Positions 50,331-64,000 are shown, numbered from the stretch's first letter. The stretch is DNA of 64,000 nt from Haplodiscus bocki (GCA_965655095.1 OZ296654.1:83142001-83206000); one strand, 5' to 3'. Numbers and translations: made by a program. The notes: generated by a model not told the origin, from the sequence alone.

Positions 50331-50356
50331 AAATCAACACTACCTTACGTGCAAAT

Positions 50357-51090
50357 AGTAATATAGTCAATCGATCAGACGGGGTTGGAGGTCCCCCATG
50401 TATTAAGATAGACTATGGCGACCCGAGAGCCGAATGGAGCCCAAACCGGTGTTTTGGGGTGGAGTTCCTTTCTCGGCTCCTATATTAACAAGTGGGTCAA
50501 TGTATTAAGTAGGGTTTTCGGCACTGAGAGACTTTTCGGCACTGCGGGACTTTCGGCACTACCCGAGCCACTCCAATGTATTAGGATAGGTTTCACCCCG
50601 AGATAGCGTTAACCCAATGTATAAGTTTTTCGGCGCTGTGATACTCTTCGGTACTACTCCAAGATAGGGTTTACTACCCCAATAGAACGAGATAGGGTAA
50701 ACTACCTCAATGTATGAAGATTGGGTTGATCCCGAGATAGGGTTTGGGTTCTTCAACACTGTGAGACTATCTGACCGAGGTAGCCGAGTGTATTATGATA
50801 CCCAATGTATTAAAATACCCCAATGTATTAGGATATGGCTTTTGTGTATCATTTTTTTGCGATTTGTTTGAATGGGGGTCCAGTAGTAAGGGAAGAGCAG
50901 AAATAGGGGCAGGAAAAAGAGGTACGTCAGCGGTATTCGAACCTGGGAGGATGGAGTGAGAAAAATTTGGGAGGTAGCTGCGGAATTTATTATTACGAGT
51001 GCGGATATTTTATTCAGCGTGTGGAAAAATTACTACGCGTGCGGATGTCTTCTTACGGCTGTGGATACTTTGTCAAGGGCGAACAATTAA
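50357..51090 (+). repeat. Maverick 2 left TIR region with internal motif repeats
   Basis: Shares catgtattaagatag, ccgagagccga and tacg.gtgcgga motifs with the element 1 TIRs; repeated ttttcggcact. Confidence 0.7.
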
Positions 51091-51179
51091 ATGCTTGTTT
51101 ATAAAAAGAAGATTGATTTAAAGTTTAAAAACGTAAAGAAGAAAACATATATATTCTCAAATACCTGCAAATTATAGAG

Positions 51180-54100
51180 TTTTAACATGTTAAGGAAAAG
51201 TATGGATTCCATCTGATTCAACAGTTCGTTTAGGATGAAAATAAGGAAGTCTTTCTTTTGTCTGCCAGTGGGTGGCTTCACAATGGTTCTTTGTGCGAAA
51301 CCCGCGATTGGAAAGTTACATTTTTTGTTTCGTCCAACACTTTTCGATGGTTTGCCATGGGTTTGTCTCCACTGTCTTCAAATGTTCGCTAGTTTAGCCA
51401 CTTTTTGCTGAATTTAAACTTGTTGCTTAGAAAGTGGCAACAGCAGTGTGTCCTGTTACGCAAACACAACCTTTAAGTGCATCGAGACACTTCCTTGAAC
51501 AATCCGGGCTTTATTTTATCAATTATCATGATTTTCTTGTTTAGCACGGCTCGTCCGGCGAAAAAGATTGCTGCAAACGTCTGCAGTGAACAAATCATTT
51601 TAGTCTTTGCCGCATAACAATTCCCAATATTGTCTTTTTGTCACTTCGTAAACAATCATACAATTCTTTTTCTGCTAGTGCTAAATACACTGAATCGGAA
51701 TCCATTTCCATCTCCTCATGCCAGTCAGTATCGGAAGATTTTATGAAAAAGCAGTAACGGAGCTCCAATATTCTCAAGTTAGCGTACTGCAGGATAAAGA
51801 AGCCTGCAATTTTTGGTACTTTATGTTGAATTTCAAATATGGCCAGCTCTACCTGGTAAAAATGATCGTTGAAATGCCCCACTCTCTCGAACATTTTGTT
51901 GTTGATCTCTGCATGTGTCTTTCCATCATTCCTATACTTTTTTGTTGAATGGCGACTGCGATCTTTAATTTAATAGCCTTTCGACGTGTTTGCAAGCAAC
52001 TTCAAAGTTTCTCCAACAACACGGGAGTTGCGACTCTTGTCTCCTTCACGACGAGCAAAGACAACGGATTGCAGAAAATTGTTAAAACAATTCAAAAGGC
52101 AGTACTGAACAAAGCAAAACAGTTTTGTGCAAACGAGTCCGAGCTACAAGTAAAATAGTAGCAAAGGAGTAATGACAGTGTCATTGGTTAGCTCAAAGAT
52201 AGAAATTAACCTTTGCCGCGGTTGGAACACTTATTTTTCCTTTCAGCATACTCCTATATTATTGGTCCAATAACCCGTCTGCATACGTTTGCACTTTTGA
52301 GAATTGGTGGGAATTTTACAAATTGTACTCACAGATGATCTGGAAATTTGATATCACACTGCACGTAACCAAACACTGCGCTTGATTTTATCTTGACCCA
52401 TCAGTGGTTCTGACGCACTGGACGCTTGTATGGGAATGGTTCTCTCAAGTGTTCCTTTACTGACTCATCAGTCTTCTAGAATTTCCACCATTCCACATTC
52501 CCACATTTCCACAACACTGTAACCTTTCTCCACGATATACTGTTCCCGCATTCAATCGATTTTCTTCTTTTTTGTTCCACGTTGAATGCTTTTTTCAGTG
52601 CGAGCAGGTCGTGACAAGGATAGTAATGATAGAAACAACCCATTGCTTCAAACACTGTGCTGCAATGTCTACAGAGCCCATCTGCATTGCAATAGTCAAT
52701 CTTTTTCTGAGTTCTCGTTGTGTAAAACCTCTCAATGGCGCAGTCCGGTCTCACTCGCTGAAAACACGACATGATCATTTTTTCGAAATTTTGAAATTTG
52801 TTCTGACAAGGCTCTAATCTTCGCAACTCTGCATCAAACTCACATCTTGTTCAGAATCCCATAGGCTATGGTTGAAACATAGAGAAGGGGTAAACTTCGC
52901 TACAACCTATTCCAACAACCGATTTGCAAACATTTGTGGACTTGATGATGTGAGTCTCGTCAACTACAGCTTTACGTGTAAACACTACCTACTGATGGAC
53001 TTTCAACCAAATCTTTCTGAACTTTTGAAGGCAATTTTTTGCCGCTTTCTGTGAATGGATAAAAATTTGCAATGGTAGAACTGTACAGAGAAATGTTGAC
53101 CATGGTAATTTATGTACAGCCAAGCTTGAGCATATCAATATCTTTGTTGTGACAAAAGGCGATCAATTTCTGCATAAGCTCCCAGGTTGGAACTACGTCT
53201 TTGTTATTTTAGCAACGCAAAATGTCCATAAATGACTGCATTTCCTTTTGCTCCCAGACTTTCTGCAAAAATGTATCGTTCTCCACCCCATTAGCTGGTA
53301 TTTGGGGAATCTCGTGTTAACCTTTGAAGGCTTTGCTGTCAATAGACTACAGACCGGCTTCTTGTAGTAAACATAGTCTTTTTCGAGAGGATTGTAATTC
53401 CTTAGGTTGTTGTGAGATTCTCCGTTAGAAGAAAGTTATTTTTTGTAGCATTTTTCCGGGCGGTTAAATCATTCGTCGTATGGGAAAAATCCATTCGTCT
53501 CTGATGTTCCGTAAGCGTTCAAGAATGAATCAAGATTAGTAGCACCTCCCAGATTGGTTAAAAAGTCAAGAAGTTGAACGTTACCAAATTTGAGCGAAAC
53601 AAACGTTGTTGGCTTTTTGATAACAATCGGTTCAATATTGTTCGTTTACGAGAAATGGTAGTAAAAAAACTCTTGATATAGTTGACCTCGTACCCCGAAC
53701 TATTGAACCCAAAGACCGGCAATGTATAGCAAAATTTCTCAAACTGTTCTTGCAAGTCAAAAAGTTGATTTTTTTGGATTTATACAAATTGTGTTGAGCT
53801 GTTTTCTGGATTATCATCTTCCACTTTAATAACAACGCATTGACTGCGAAGTTGATTTAGCGTTTCTAAGATACGTGCAAGTTTCCTTTCTGTTGCGGTT
53901 TGAATTTGCAGTGACCTCTTTTTCATTTGAGCCGTACTTTGCGTTGTCATAATCTCCAAAGCATCAATGAAAGCTGATGGCAAATCACGAAGCCTAGGAC
54001 CGCAGGAGAAAATGAGTTCCTGTATTAAGTTGGACGATATCGAAACCAAAATTTATGTGTGCTCTCCACTGCGTGTTTTTGTTTCGATATCCTGGAAAGT

Positions 54101-55484
54101 TCCATCTTCCGCATATATAGATTCAAAATCAAAAACGGCCATGTTGATAAAAAGTTTTTGTTTGTCCGTGTAAGGGATACCAATTGTGTCAAGTTTGTCA
54201 AATAGTGTTTCACGGAGCTGATACAAGTTGTTTGGGTACACATATTTAACTCTTCCACTGCTAGTGGTTAGGTGATGCCAAAAATTTGGTGCCCTGTTGA
54301 AGAAAGTATCACACGACGGGCAACGATTATCTTTGAAGAGTACATTGACATCAAAGACATAACAAATGTATATGTTGTAACGTAATAGTCGACAAAAGTT
54401 GGCATGTTTGTCAACTTTTCTTCTGGAAAGCTCTGAAATCCATGCTCTATCAACTAAGTCGATGTCTCGGAGGAAAATGTTCACTTGAACGAGGTCTTCC
54501 AGAATTGGAGTATCATTTATGCAAACACCTTGAAAACTTGGTGGATTAGTTTCTCCAACTTTCTCAAAGAAGAGTCTGTACTATTTTGAAGTTTCATCTT
54601 CACGTCCATATTCCTATGCAAATGCAAAACGACAGCCCAAAAAAGACATAGATTGTCATTGTACGGTTTTCTCTTATTCCCTTCGTAGGTGACAGTTAAC
54701 AGTGTGGTTTTTTGTAAGTGGCTCTGGCAGTACTGCGCCTTTACACCCCATGGGAACTTCTCAGAGTAGAACAGCAGAAACAGTGACGTTTGTGAGTTTG
54801 AAAATATTCCACTTTCCATTTCTTTGTTCTTTTCTGCAAGCTTTGATCACATCAGTGTTACTCAACACATTCCTGGTTTTTACGTGATCTTCTTTGGACG
54901 CCACAACTTTTGGTCGTTTATTTCAAAGTGTTGTTTTCGTGCTCTTAGTCAGTCCCATCTTCTACATTCTGGAGCAAAAAGCCGAATTCAACAATCAATT
55001 TTGCTTCCCGAACACTGTGTCTATATTTTGGCTCAAAGTGTGTGCATTTAAAATCTGATTGGTAAAATTGAAGACCCTATGTCTCCCGTTCTCCACCGGA
55101 GAGTCTACTTGAAAGTGCTTGCGCGTTTCCAAATCTTCTTTAAGGCTCTCTTTTCGTCAATCCTTCCATTTGTGTCACATCAAAGATTTTGGTCTCACAT
55201 ACACTTTGTGCGTTGTGCACCTTCTGTCTGTGTGATATCGCAAAAAAACCACCAACTACTCGATGAAAAAATTGGCATTTGTGTACGTTTTTTGTTTGGA
55301 AAGAACTATGTTTCTTGCAATATCAAAGCTGAGATCAGCCTGCGAAGGTGTTAAGAAGTTGCGACACTGAGGACAATAAGTTGTTTTAATTAAGCATCTC
55401 GTCTTGTGTCGAAACCGTTTTTTTTGAATTCTGCGTTCCACAATTTTTGCAGGTAGTTTTTTCTTTTTGAGTAAGGGTACGCAT
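51180..55484 (-). pseudogene. polB: pPolB of element 2
   Basis: DNLCLFWA, AVFDFES, GFNSSGYE, FEAMGCFYHYYPC, KLLANTSKGY (motif B), EMDSDS (motif C). Confidence 0.92.
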
Positions 55485-58289
55485 CTTGGTCAAAAAACTT
55501 TTCACAGATTAGTCTGCAAAAATTGTGAATAATGCAGTAACTTCATTGTAGCGATGCAAACGAAAAAAAACTTAGTTTTTAGCAAGTTGCATTCTTTTCC
55601 TATATAACTCATATGGATAGATCATAATAGCAAGACTGATTCAGATAACTTTAAAAAGAAAGATTGATTCACATAACCGTAGACGAGCCGTCAGTCACTT
55701 CTCTGCTGACACATAGTCACGGGCAGTAGTTAATTAAATCAACATTTTATCTTCTCAAATGGGGACCTGCTGTGTGAGAAATTTAAACAAGTAAATCAAG
55801 TTCCCCTTGATAAAGTGACAGGTTGTCTGAGAAAATAAGGGCAACTAGACTAATTTCCTCCGCTGACGCGGCAGTCCGTCTGAGAAAAATAAACAAAAAG
55901 AACAAATTCCCCCCCTAAACAGACATATTGTTTTTAGTGAAAAGTTCAATTTGAACATTTATCAGTTGAGTAATTTTGTATCAAGTCTCAATCAAAACCA
56001 TAAAATGAACAAAAAGAAGTTTTGCGCTGCGACTGTAGTGTAGATGTTCAAAGCATTGGATTAGCAACATGCGTCATGGTATCCATCAGCTGAGAAATCT
56101 GCGAAGCTTTTAACCACTACACCACATTTTCACAAATAATGTCAACCGATAAACCTTCAAGTCTCATTGGTTGGATTAGAAGCAATGCCATTCTTTCTCG
56201 GCTGAAATACGAAATATACATAGCTTTTACCTCTAGACCACGAGTCAAATCTTTTACCAAAAGTCTTTTTTTTTACAAACAGTCAAGGTTTGTCAAAAAG
56301 CAAGTTCACTGTTTGAGCAAACTATTCTCATCCTACGAAAAACTTCTGGAAAACTTTTTGGACGAAACAAACGTAGATGGTTATTTCATTCACAGAATTT
56401 TTGACATTTTTCAATCTCGTCACTGGATGGTTCGAGTCACTAGCGGATGCAAAAAAAACCAAGTTTGCCATCAATTTATTCCAATTTTCCGGAAGAAAAA
56501 CACAGCCACGATTTATTCTCAAAAAAAGAAATATGCATAACTAGACAACAAAATGTCGTCCCAGTGGACAACTTGCGTGATTTTCCAGAAACCGGCGAAC
56601 AAGCCAAAAATCTACAGAGACCCAAAAATGAAATTGTCTGCACGTTGTCAAAAACATCTCTTCGCTCACTGCTATAAAGATATACGAGAACATTCCAACA
56701 ATCAAAAACTTTTATCCTTTTGTTTTGAACAAAAAAACAAGTGCCTCTTTTTCATCAAGATTTACGACAATCAGGGAGACCACTTGATTTGTTCAGAGAT
56801 TACAAACATTAGCCATCACGAAAATTACAGTTTTTACAAGAACCGATATATTGTCAGTTACGATTGAGAATTTTGTGAAAGCAACTATGACGTCGAAAGA
56901 ACTGACAACAAGGGAAACAATTGGTGACGTGTAATGCTTCAACAAAAGCTGCTTTGAAACGAAATTTGAGCTTCTTGACGCTTATATATATACTTCAAGA
57001 TCCCTTTACGGATATAAAAGTTTGGAGCGTAGTCCCTTGTTCACAAAATACCTTTACGTTACAGGAGCACTTGAAGACAACAAAAACAGTTAAAGAACTC
57101 TTCTTGCTTGCCAAAGAAAGGTTTAACAAGTTACCTCACAAGCAAAAGTTTCTTAATTTTCCAATTCAATCAACCAAATTCAGCAAGAAAGAATTGTTCA
57201 ATTTGCATGTGAACAACAAAATAGAAAAAAAATTTGGGGATGTATTTTGTCCAAAGTGTAAAAACGAAAAGAGTGTTTATATCTCAACGAAAAAAGTTCT
57301 AATTTCTACATTTCTTTGAAGTGCAAAACCAGCTGTCAAGTGGTTTTTGTTCCTTTCAGGTAAAAAAAATCCAACACTGAACTCAATTGCTGGAAACGGC
57401 ATATGTTGATCTGCAAATAAGACGAGTCCAGACAACGAAAAACCATCTCGTTTGTTGAAGAATTTTCTCTACCAATCACAACCTACCGCAACCGAACTTG
57501 AACCGAAAAAAAAATAAAATCACTCCATAAATGGTCTCAACGTTTTGAGCTCTGATTGTTTGAAGGAATGAGCTATACCTTCAACTTTCATTCAATTTAT
57601 ACATTTTAAACCTACACTCAAGCAGCATGTTCTTCACATTTTCCAACGAAGGAGTCCACTGATCTCTCGAATTTGCTCCAAGTCACTCTTACTGTGAAAG
57701 ATCTCGTCCAATGAAAGGCAAAAAGCTACTAGTGATTTCCTTTTCCAACTTGGAACCTGTTGTTGTCTCAAAGACAACAATTTTTGGACAAACATTTGAC
57801 CCGAAGCCCAATCACTCCCAACCAACAAGGATCGTTTGAACTGAGGGAGATTTTTGTTGCCAGCGCTGGAGCGCAGGATATGGATACATGAGATTATGAG
57901 CTATCGGACTTGGAGAACATTAAATTCTCTTGGGAATTTTCTCAGGTTGAAGTGGATGCTGTGTTTTGACCAAGGATAGATACTCCCTCTTCACCAACGT
58001 CCGTCAAAGACTTGAAGATGGGGGAAAAAGGACCGTCCGAAAGACCCATTTTGTTGGATGACAAGGAAGACAGAGAGAAATCCTCACGGACAACTGGAGT
58101 GTCTGAGCGTCCCATTGAAACTCCCAGGTTGCTCAGAAAATGTCCTTTTGGAAGACAGATTGTAAATGTGCAGGAATTTGTTTACAGGACTTTGTTTGAA
58201 AAAATTGATAGTCTGCGTTGGTGTAAACTTATTTACAGTTAATTGAAAAGTTTCATTAACTTTAAAATCCTTTTGCAAACCAGTCACAC

Positions 58290-58549
58290 AACTATGAGGT
58301 GAAGATAGTTCGTTTTTTAGCACTTTTAGTGACAGCCAGTTTTTGCATATATAGAGTCTATACTGAGAAGTAACTGGGACAGGAGAAAAAAACAATAAGA
58401 AAACTCCCTGTGAAAACGAGTACAAAGTTTTTTGTTTTAACGGTGATTGCTATTTTCTCTTGGACGAGCATATCGTAGACTGTTACTGCTCTTGGTTTTA
58501 TGGGAGAAACAGATGCGAAAAGAAAAATTTTTGTGATGGTTTTTGGTAA
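58290..58549 (+). pseudogene. EGF-like growth factor gene of element 2; EGF module intact, N-terminus disrupted
   Basis: 58409-58516 in one frame: C-ENEYKVF-C-FNGD-C-YFLLDEHIVD-C-Y-C-SWFYGRNR-C. Upstream is LALLVTASFCIY. Confidence 0.88.
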
Positions 58550-61500
58550 GACTTTTCCTTCGAAAACCAGAAATTTTCTTCGGTAACTCTGACAAGTTGT
58601 GAAAAATTTGTTCCACAATCCATCGCTTTGTAGAATCTGCATTCCGAAATCTGATTCTTTGTAGAACTTTTAATTCAGAATCCAGGAAGGCGAAAAATTT
58701 TTGGTGCAAAATCAGACATGTTATGGTTATTTTTGTTTCAATGTCTAGTTTTTTAGTCGATTCTCTTTTTCTAGCATAAATAAGACTCTCATTGAAGAAG
58801 AATGTGAGGAGTTTAAAACTACTGTTTCTCTAATATTCGCTGGAGTCTGTTTATTTGTTAGTTGTTTTTTGTGGTATTGATGATGGCTGTCTTTACTATA
58901 TCGTTTGCACTAACACAATTTCTATTGATGTCTTTTTGGATTGCAAAAAAAATTATTTTTTGAAGACTTTCTTCTAAAAGATGTTAAATTACTATCATAA
59001 ATACCACAACCGTTTTGAAACAATCAACGTTTTTGATTAACTCCACATCATATTTAGTCTTTTTCACTCTTTTGATTCTCTCTTTGAATACTGATTCAGC
59101 TGATCGCGATGTCTTTGACTATTGGAAAGACCTCAAACAATGTTTTCCTGCACTTTTATCTCAAAAGTCTTTTTTTGCAATGTTAGGCATTCTGTCCATA
59201 CCCCTCTTTCTTTGGTTAATGGTTAAACAGGCTGCTCTTTGCACATTATCAAACACATGCTCACTTTTGGCAACAAGTTTTCCTCTGAATCCGTACTTGA
59301 ATAGTGTACAGAGACAGTCCACGTTTTGATATGTGACACAGAACTCGTCCAAATTCTGTAGCAACTCCTCAATGTCTTCTATTAGTATTATATGATTTCT
59401 GCACAGGTTATCATCGTGGTGAGCAAAACAGTAGTCTTTTCGTACAAGGTATTTTTTCTATGTGTTTGCAGAAAAAAATGAATTGTTCTTTGATAAAATT
59501 GGAAAAGACTGGGTATGGCTTGATCGTTACAGCTGCCATCTGATTGCTGGTTTATTTTTTGAACATATGAAGCTGAAAATCACAGTGATAGAGTTTTTTT
59601 TGTAAAAACCTACCAAGAAAAAAATTTATCACGTGACAGTGATCAAAAAAGGAAGAATTCTTTTTTCCAGGAGTTATCATGTGACAATGACCTAACAAGG
59701 AAACATCACGTAACCATGACTAAAAAATGAAACGTATAAAAGTGACAACTTGCAGGACCAAAATCATTCCTTAGCTTTCGTTCTCGAAAAAAATCTAAAC
59801 AACTCAAACTTGCTCAACAACTAAATGACGTTGTGGACCGTCCCTACAGATAAGTTTGTGTGACTCTGCTGCGATATAATGTTGACAAGCCAGAGAGTTC
59901 ATATGCTCAGGTCCAAGTATTTCTCAGGAACAAGGGGAAGAAAAAATTTCATCAGTTTGCTTCCGTGAATTACAAACTTCAAGAATTTATCTATCCACTT
60001 GAAGTAATGAGTTCTGTACATAATACAGTTGATACTAACCAATCCATTTTTAATGTACAATAAAAAGTGATTGAAACTTTTTACTCATTGTCGTTTTTCT
60101 TTCTCTTCGAGTTGGGATGATTTGGAACAATGGAGATAATAAAAACTTGTTCCTCATGTAGAAATCAGTACTGCGACTTTATCATGTTATATTTACGAAA
60201 CTCAGAAACTCTCCTGAAAGAATTACAATTACTCTAGTAGACTTTAGTTAATTGTTTGATGTTGAAAACCCTGATTCAAAAAGACGGTTTTGATGTGTAA
60301 GAGGGATAGTGTACAAGGGCAGGAGAAAAGTAAGTGTAAAGTACCATACAGATACAGTCACAGTGTACATTTTCGTACGCTGCTACCGAAAAAACATATA
60401 TCAGAAAGATTCGGAGATGGAACTAAAAATGACAGAGTGTCAGGAGCTTCTTTCTGATTGAGCATTATTCTTCAGCTACATTGACGTATTTTTCAAACGG
60501 TGCCTTGTATTGGATGAAACATCTGTTCATATTTAAAAAGTAACCTCTTCAGGTATGGATTTTTTCCTTCTGATGAGTTTTTTGGATTGTACCCGGGCAT
60601 GAAATTATCATTTAAACTTGTTACTGCTCGTAAAAACCTTTCTAAGTGCATGTTTTTGTTGGAACTGTAGTTTTGGTTTACGTGAGATGTACCAAAATTT
60701 AGAATTTGATGGAACGATTGGTTTTGAGGACTCGTACTCGGAGCTCTTGTTTCGTCATTTCAAAGAATTTAGAGTACACGCAAAACCATCTGAGGGCACA
60801 TTACGGCAAAGATCTAAGCTAGTGTTTATTGATTAGACGAGGACCAAGTTAATGTTTGCTTGGTCATGTGACAGAACTACTCCTTTGCTTTTACGTCAAA
60901 CTCTTTCTGCCTTCATTTCACAAATCTGTCGACTCTTGAGACAGTCTTTTTTTGCATTGTATAAGATTTTGAGCTAGCAGATAAAAACGTTAGAAAAGAG
61001 TTGGTAGTTGCTTTTGATGGGAATGTTCAGGGATTTTTTTGTCTTTCAAAAAGATACAAACCTACAAGACAAGCTTCTCGGCGTACAAGAAAAGTTCATA
61101 GAGTTGTATCGAACAGTGACAGTGTGGATTAAAGTGAGCTCCAAAACGTTCTTGCGAAATATGTGATGACTGATTACTTTGCAAAGGGATCAGAAAAATG
61201 CCAGCTTTTGATTAATTTATCGGTTAATGAAGTGGAAAGTTGGATGATCATATAGCTGTCCAAAATTTCAAAAGTTGGTAGATTCAGACAAGCAACTGAG
61301 AATTAGTTCCTCCTACCCACTCTGACACAAAACTATACTTCACTGTGCAGAGCAAAACGCAAAATCGTTTGGTGAATGGACAATGCAGCATCTGAAGTCG
61401 TGATTTGTGCATTGTATCATGTATTGTATGTGTCTACGTTATGAAAACGTTTGAATTGCTTCAATTTTTTCCAACAGTCCTTGATGAGAAATTGAGCGTT

Positions 61501-61659
61501 TTTCTTCCCAAGTTTTTGTAATTTTGTTGAATATATTCAACTGCTTTTGGAAAACTCATCTTTTGAAAACTGGTGACGAATCTTATCTGTTTGGATGGGA
61601 TATTGAGTAGTGCAGCAGGATACATTTTACCTTCGCCAAGGCCATCAAAAAGTTTTTTT

Positions 61660-62510
61660 CTACAAAAATGTTCCATTTTGACATTGGCTGGACTGTCTTT
61701 GTTGCGAAAAATGCAATTTGCTTATAGTTTGTGGAAAAATGAATTTTTTCAAACGAAATCTGACAAACTTTTTTTTCTTTTGTCAACACCTGCAACCATT
61801 TTACGATGTTATGCAAAAAGAAATTGAAAGTGTCTAGTTTGTTCAAGGTATGAACTTTGAAGTTATTGACTCTTCAGAAAATAACGGTACAAAGTATCTG
61901 TTAACCTCGGATTTTTCATTTGAAGACAGTTGCATTTCAAAAACTTTGATTACATGGCCACTCCTGGAAGACATCGTTGATTGAGTACTAATTAAATAGA
62001 GCACAATATCTTTGGTCGGAATATACTAGGGCGAGATGTTGAGCCCCAAAGTACGCACATTGTTCTTTTCAACTCAACTCGGAATATGATGCTAGTCAGT
62101 ACGCTCACTGCACCATTGGGTCTTGGACCAGAGCTAGTTGACTGGTACCAAGATGCATCTTTGGTTCCTTACAAACCTTTATTGATTGATTTATCACCCC
62201 TACAGAGGGTAAATTACGTTTTTGTACAAACAGTTTATCCGTCCCATCAACAATTTTTATAATGGACCAGTTGAAACCTTTAAAGTTTTCGGACGATGAA
62301 CATACAAAGTTTTTCCACTGTCCAAGTGTTCCAAGTTTTTTCCCGCAATGGCCAAAGTCTTTTCCTTCAGGCTCTTCTAAGACAGTTTATTCAGTTTCTC
62401 TGCGAATGAAAAGTAAATCTGCTCAAAGGAAACCGGCAAAGAAAAAAAAGTTAGGTGGCAAAGTTTCAAAGCAAGATTCGTTTGTTGTCTCTCAAGAAAT
62501 CAACTTGTAA
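61660..62510 (+). pseudogene. Packaging ATPase of element 2, degraded
   Basis: TPGRHR, ELVDWYQDA, LLIDLSP and DDEHTK, colinear with the element 1 ATPase. Confidence 0.8.
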
Positions 62511-63029
62511 ACAAAGAAGAGACGTTGTGGTTTCCGAAAAAGGCTTGCTTCTAATAAGATTAGTTACTCCTGCCGTGATTAGTTTTTTGTCCTGATAAAG
62601 AGCAGTTTGTTTTCGTCCCTATTTCTTTGTAAAACAGCAAGAATTTGAATACTCTGTCAGCTACAAAGCATCAACTTCCAAAATACCAAGCTGTCTGAAG
62701 TCCAACGTAACGAATTGACTCATTAAAAAAGGAATAAAATAAAAAGGAATAAAATAAAGGCGAAAGGAATGTTCGCCAAAGCATAACTTTTAGTCGACGA
62801 AAAATCGTCTTGTCAACGTATCAAGCTATCACTATCGCAGACTCTAAAAATGGACGGGGTTTGAACTGGATTTTCAATGTCGGATTTTGGTCAACAGATG
62901 CGTCGAAGAACCGCAGACGTCCCCGAAATTCACTTTACGATACTTGACGCTGCAGGAATATCTCCAACTTTGGTTTTGGATCATAATGCCAAGACCAAAG
63001 AGAAAGAAAATTGGGTCTTTTTCAAAACC

Positions 63030-63720
63030 TGAGCGTCAGAATTTGCAATGTTGCACATGCAGGTGGTGCTGCTAATGAGTCTTTGAGAACAATATTGAAA
63101 TCTAGCAATCGACCAGTATCAAAGTTGAGACAATCTTCAAAATCAGAGACTACGTGCACAAAATTTGATTTGACCACACAAAAATTCAAAAAAAAGAAGG
63201 CTTTTGCTTGGTCTAAAACTGAATTTTAGTGAATGGATCCTGCTTTTGTTGATAAACTGCCAGAAAAAGTCATGGTGTAAAGTGTTCACTAGTTGGCCAA
63301 GACTTGTTTGATCGAACAGTAGATACAAAAGTGATGAAGACAGAAGAATCCAAAGAGACTTAAACAGCGTTTTTAAGCATGGTTACAAAAAAAATCGTTC
63401 CATAGAAAATGCGGTTGACAAGCGGACAGAGTTTGCAGAAGAGTTTAGGAAAAATTGTAATGCTCAAGGAATACAAATTCACTCTACATTGAGTGAGACC
63501 AAGGCTTCTTTTAATGAACGTAAAATACGATCACTAAAATAACTCTTTACATTTACATGGAAAACTTTGGGTACACGTAAAATCACAATTTCCTGCAAGG
63601 TGTCACAATGTCGAATTCTAGAAAGAATTGTTCAATTTATTTCACAGCCAAAAAATGTCGAAAAAACAAACTTTTCGTCTATTCTTTGCAGCAAACCTCT
63701 ACAAGAGTAGACAAAACTGA
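63030..63720 (+). pseudogene. Integrase of element 2, degraded and truncated
   Basis: MDPAFVDK, VDKRTEFA and SETKASFNERKIRSLK. Confidence 0.82.
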
Positions 63721-63726
63721 AACTTT

Positions 63727-64000
63727 TTGAAGTTTGTAATTCACGGAAGCAAACTGATGAAATTTTTTCTTCCCCTTGTTCCTGAGAAATACTTGGACCT
63801 GAGCATATGAACTCTCTGGCTTGTCAACATTATATCGCAGCAGAGTCACACAAACTTATCTGTAGGGACGGTCCACAACGTCATTTAGTTGTTGAGCAAG
63901 TTTGAGTTGTTTAGATTTTTTTCGAGAACGAAAGCTAAGGAATGATTTTGGTCCTGCAAGTTGTCACTTTTATACGTTTCATTTTTTAGTCATGGTTACG
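63727..64000 (-). repeat. Exact inverted copy of 59709-59982
   Basis: 274-bp reverse complement with no mismatch seen; continues to the window edge. Confidence 0.95.

Larger units (their letters stand above)
50357..64000. mobile_element. Polinton/Maverick element 2, same family and gene order as element 1, more decayed, runs off the window
   Basis: TIR-like start (AGTAAT...cccccatgtattaagatag), then pPolB (-), the same accessory block, ATPase and integrase. Confidence 0.93.

Overview
AT-rich animal (metazoan) genomic DNA, mostly decayed transposons; the host species cannot be named from sequence alone. One intact host gene is present: a 3-exon rhodopsin-family GPCR of the somatostatin/allatostatin-C/opioid receptor group (9223-12572, +, 417 aa), with a GC-AG first intron. 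The main content is two related, pseudogenised Polinton/Maverick (adintovirus-like) endogenous viruses. Element 1 (about 21734-41169) is near-complete, with ~550-bp TIRs, pPolB, packaging ATPase, integrase, minor and major capsid proteins and adenain protease, and it is inserted into a LINE. Element 2 (about 50357 to the window end) is colinear but more decayed. Both carry the same accessory block, largely missed by the ORF track because of stops and frameshifts. The block includes an EGF-family growth-factor gene (six-Cys EGFR-ligand spacing plus an N-terminal hydrophobic segment), an adjacent acidic/Pro-rich ORF ending in an RxLF cyclin-docking motif, several putative PC4-like ssDNA-binding modules and a DEDD-like nuclease. 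The EGF gene is the most novel signal. The remainder is LINE, LTR (Gypsy-like, BEL/Pao-like), Tc1/mariner (including DD37E), hAT-like and foldback remnants. Pseudogene boundaries are approximate and were read by eye.
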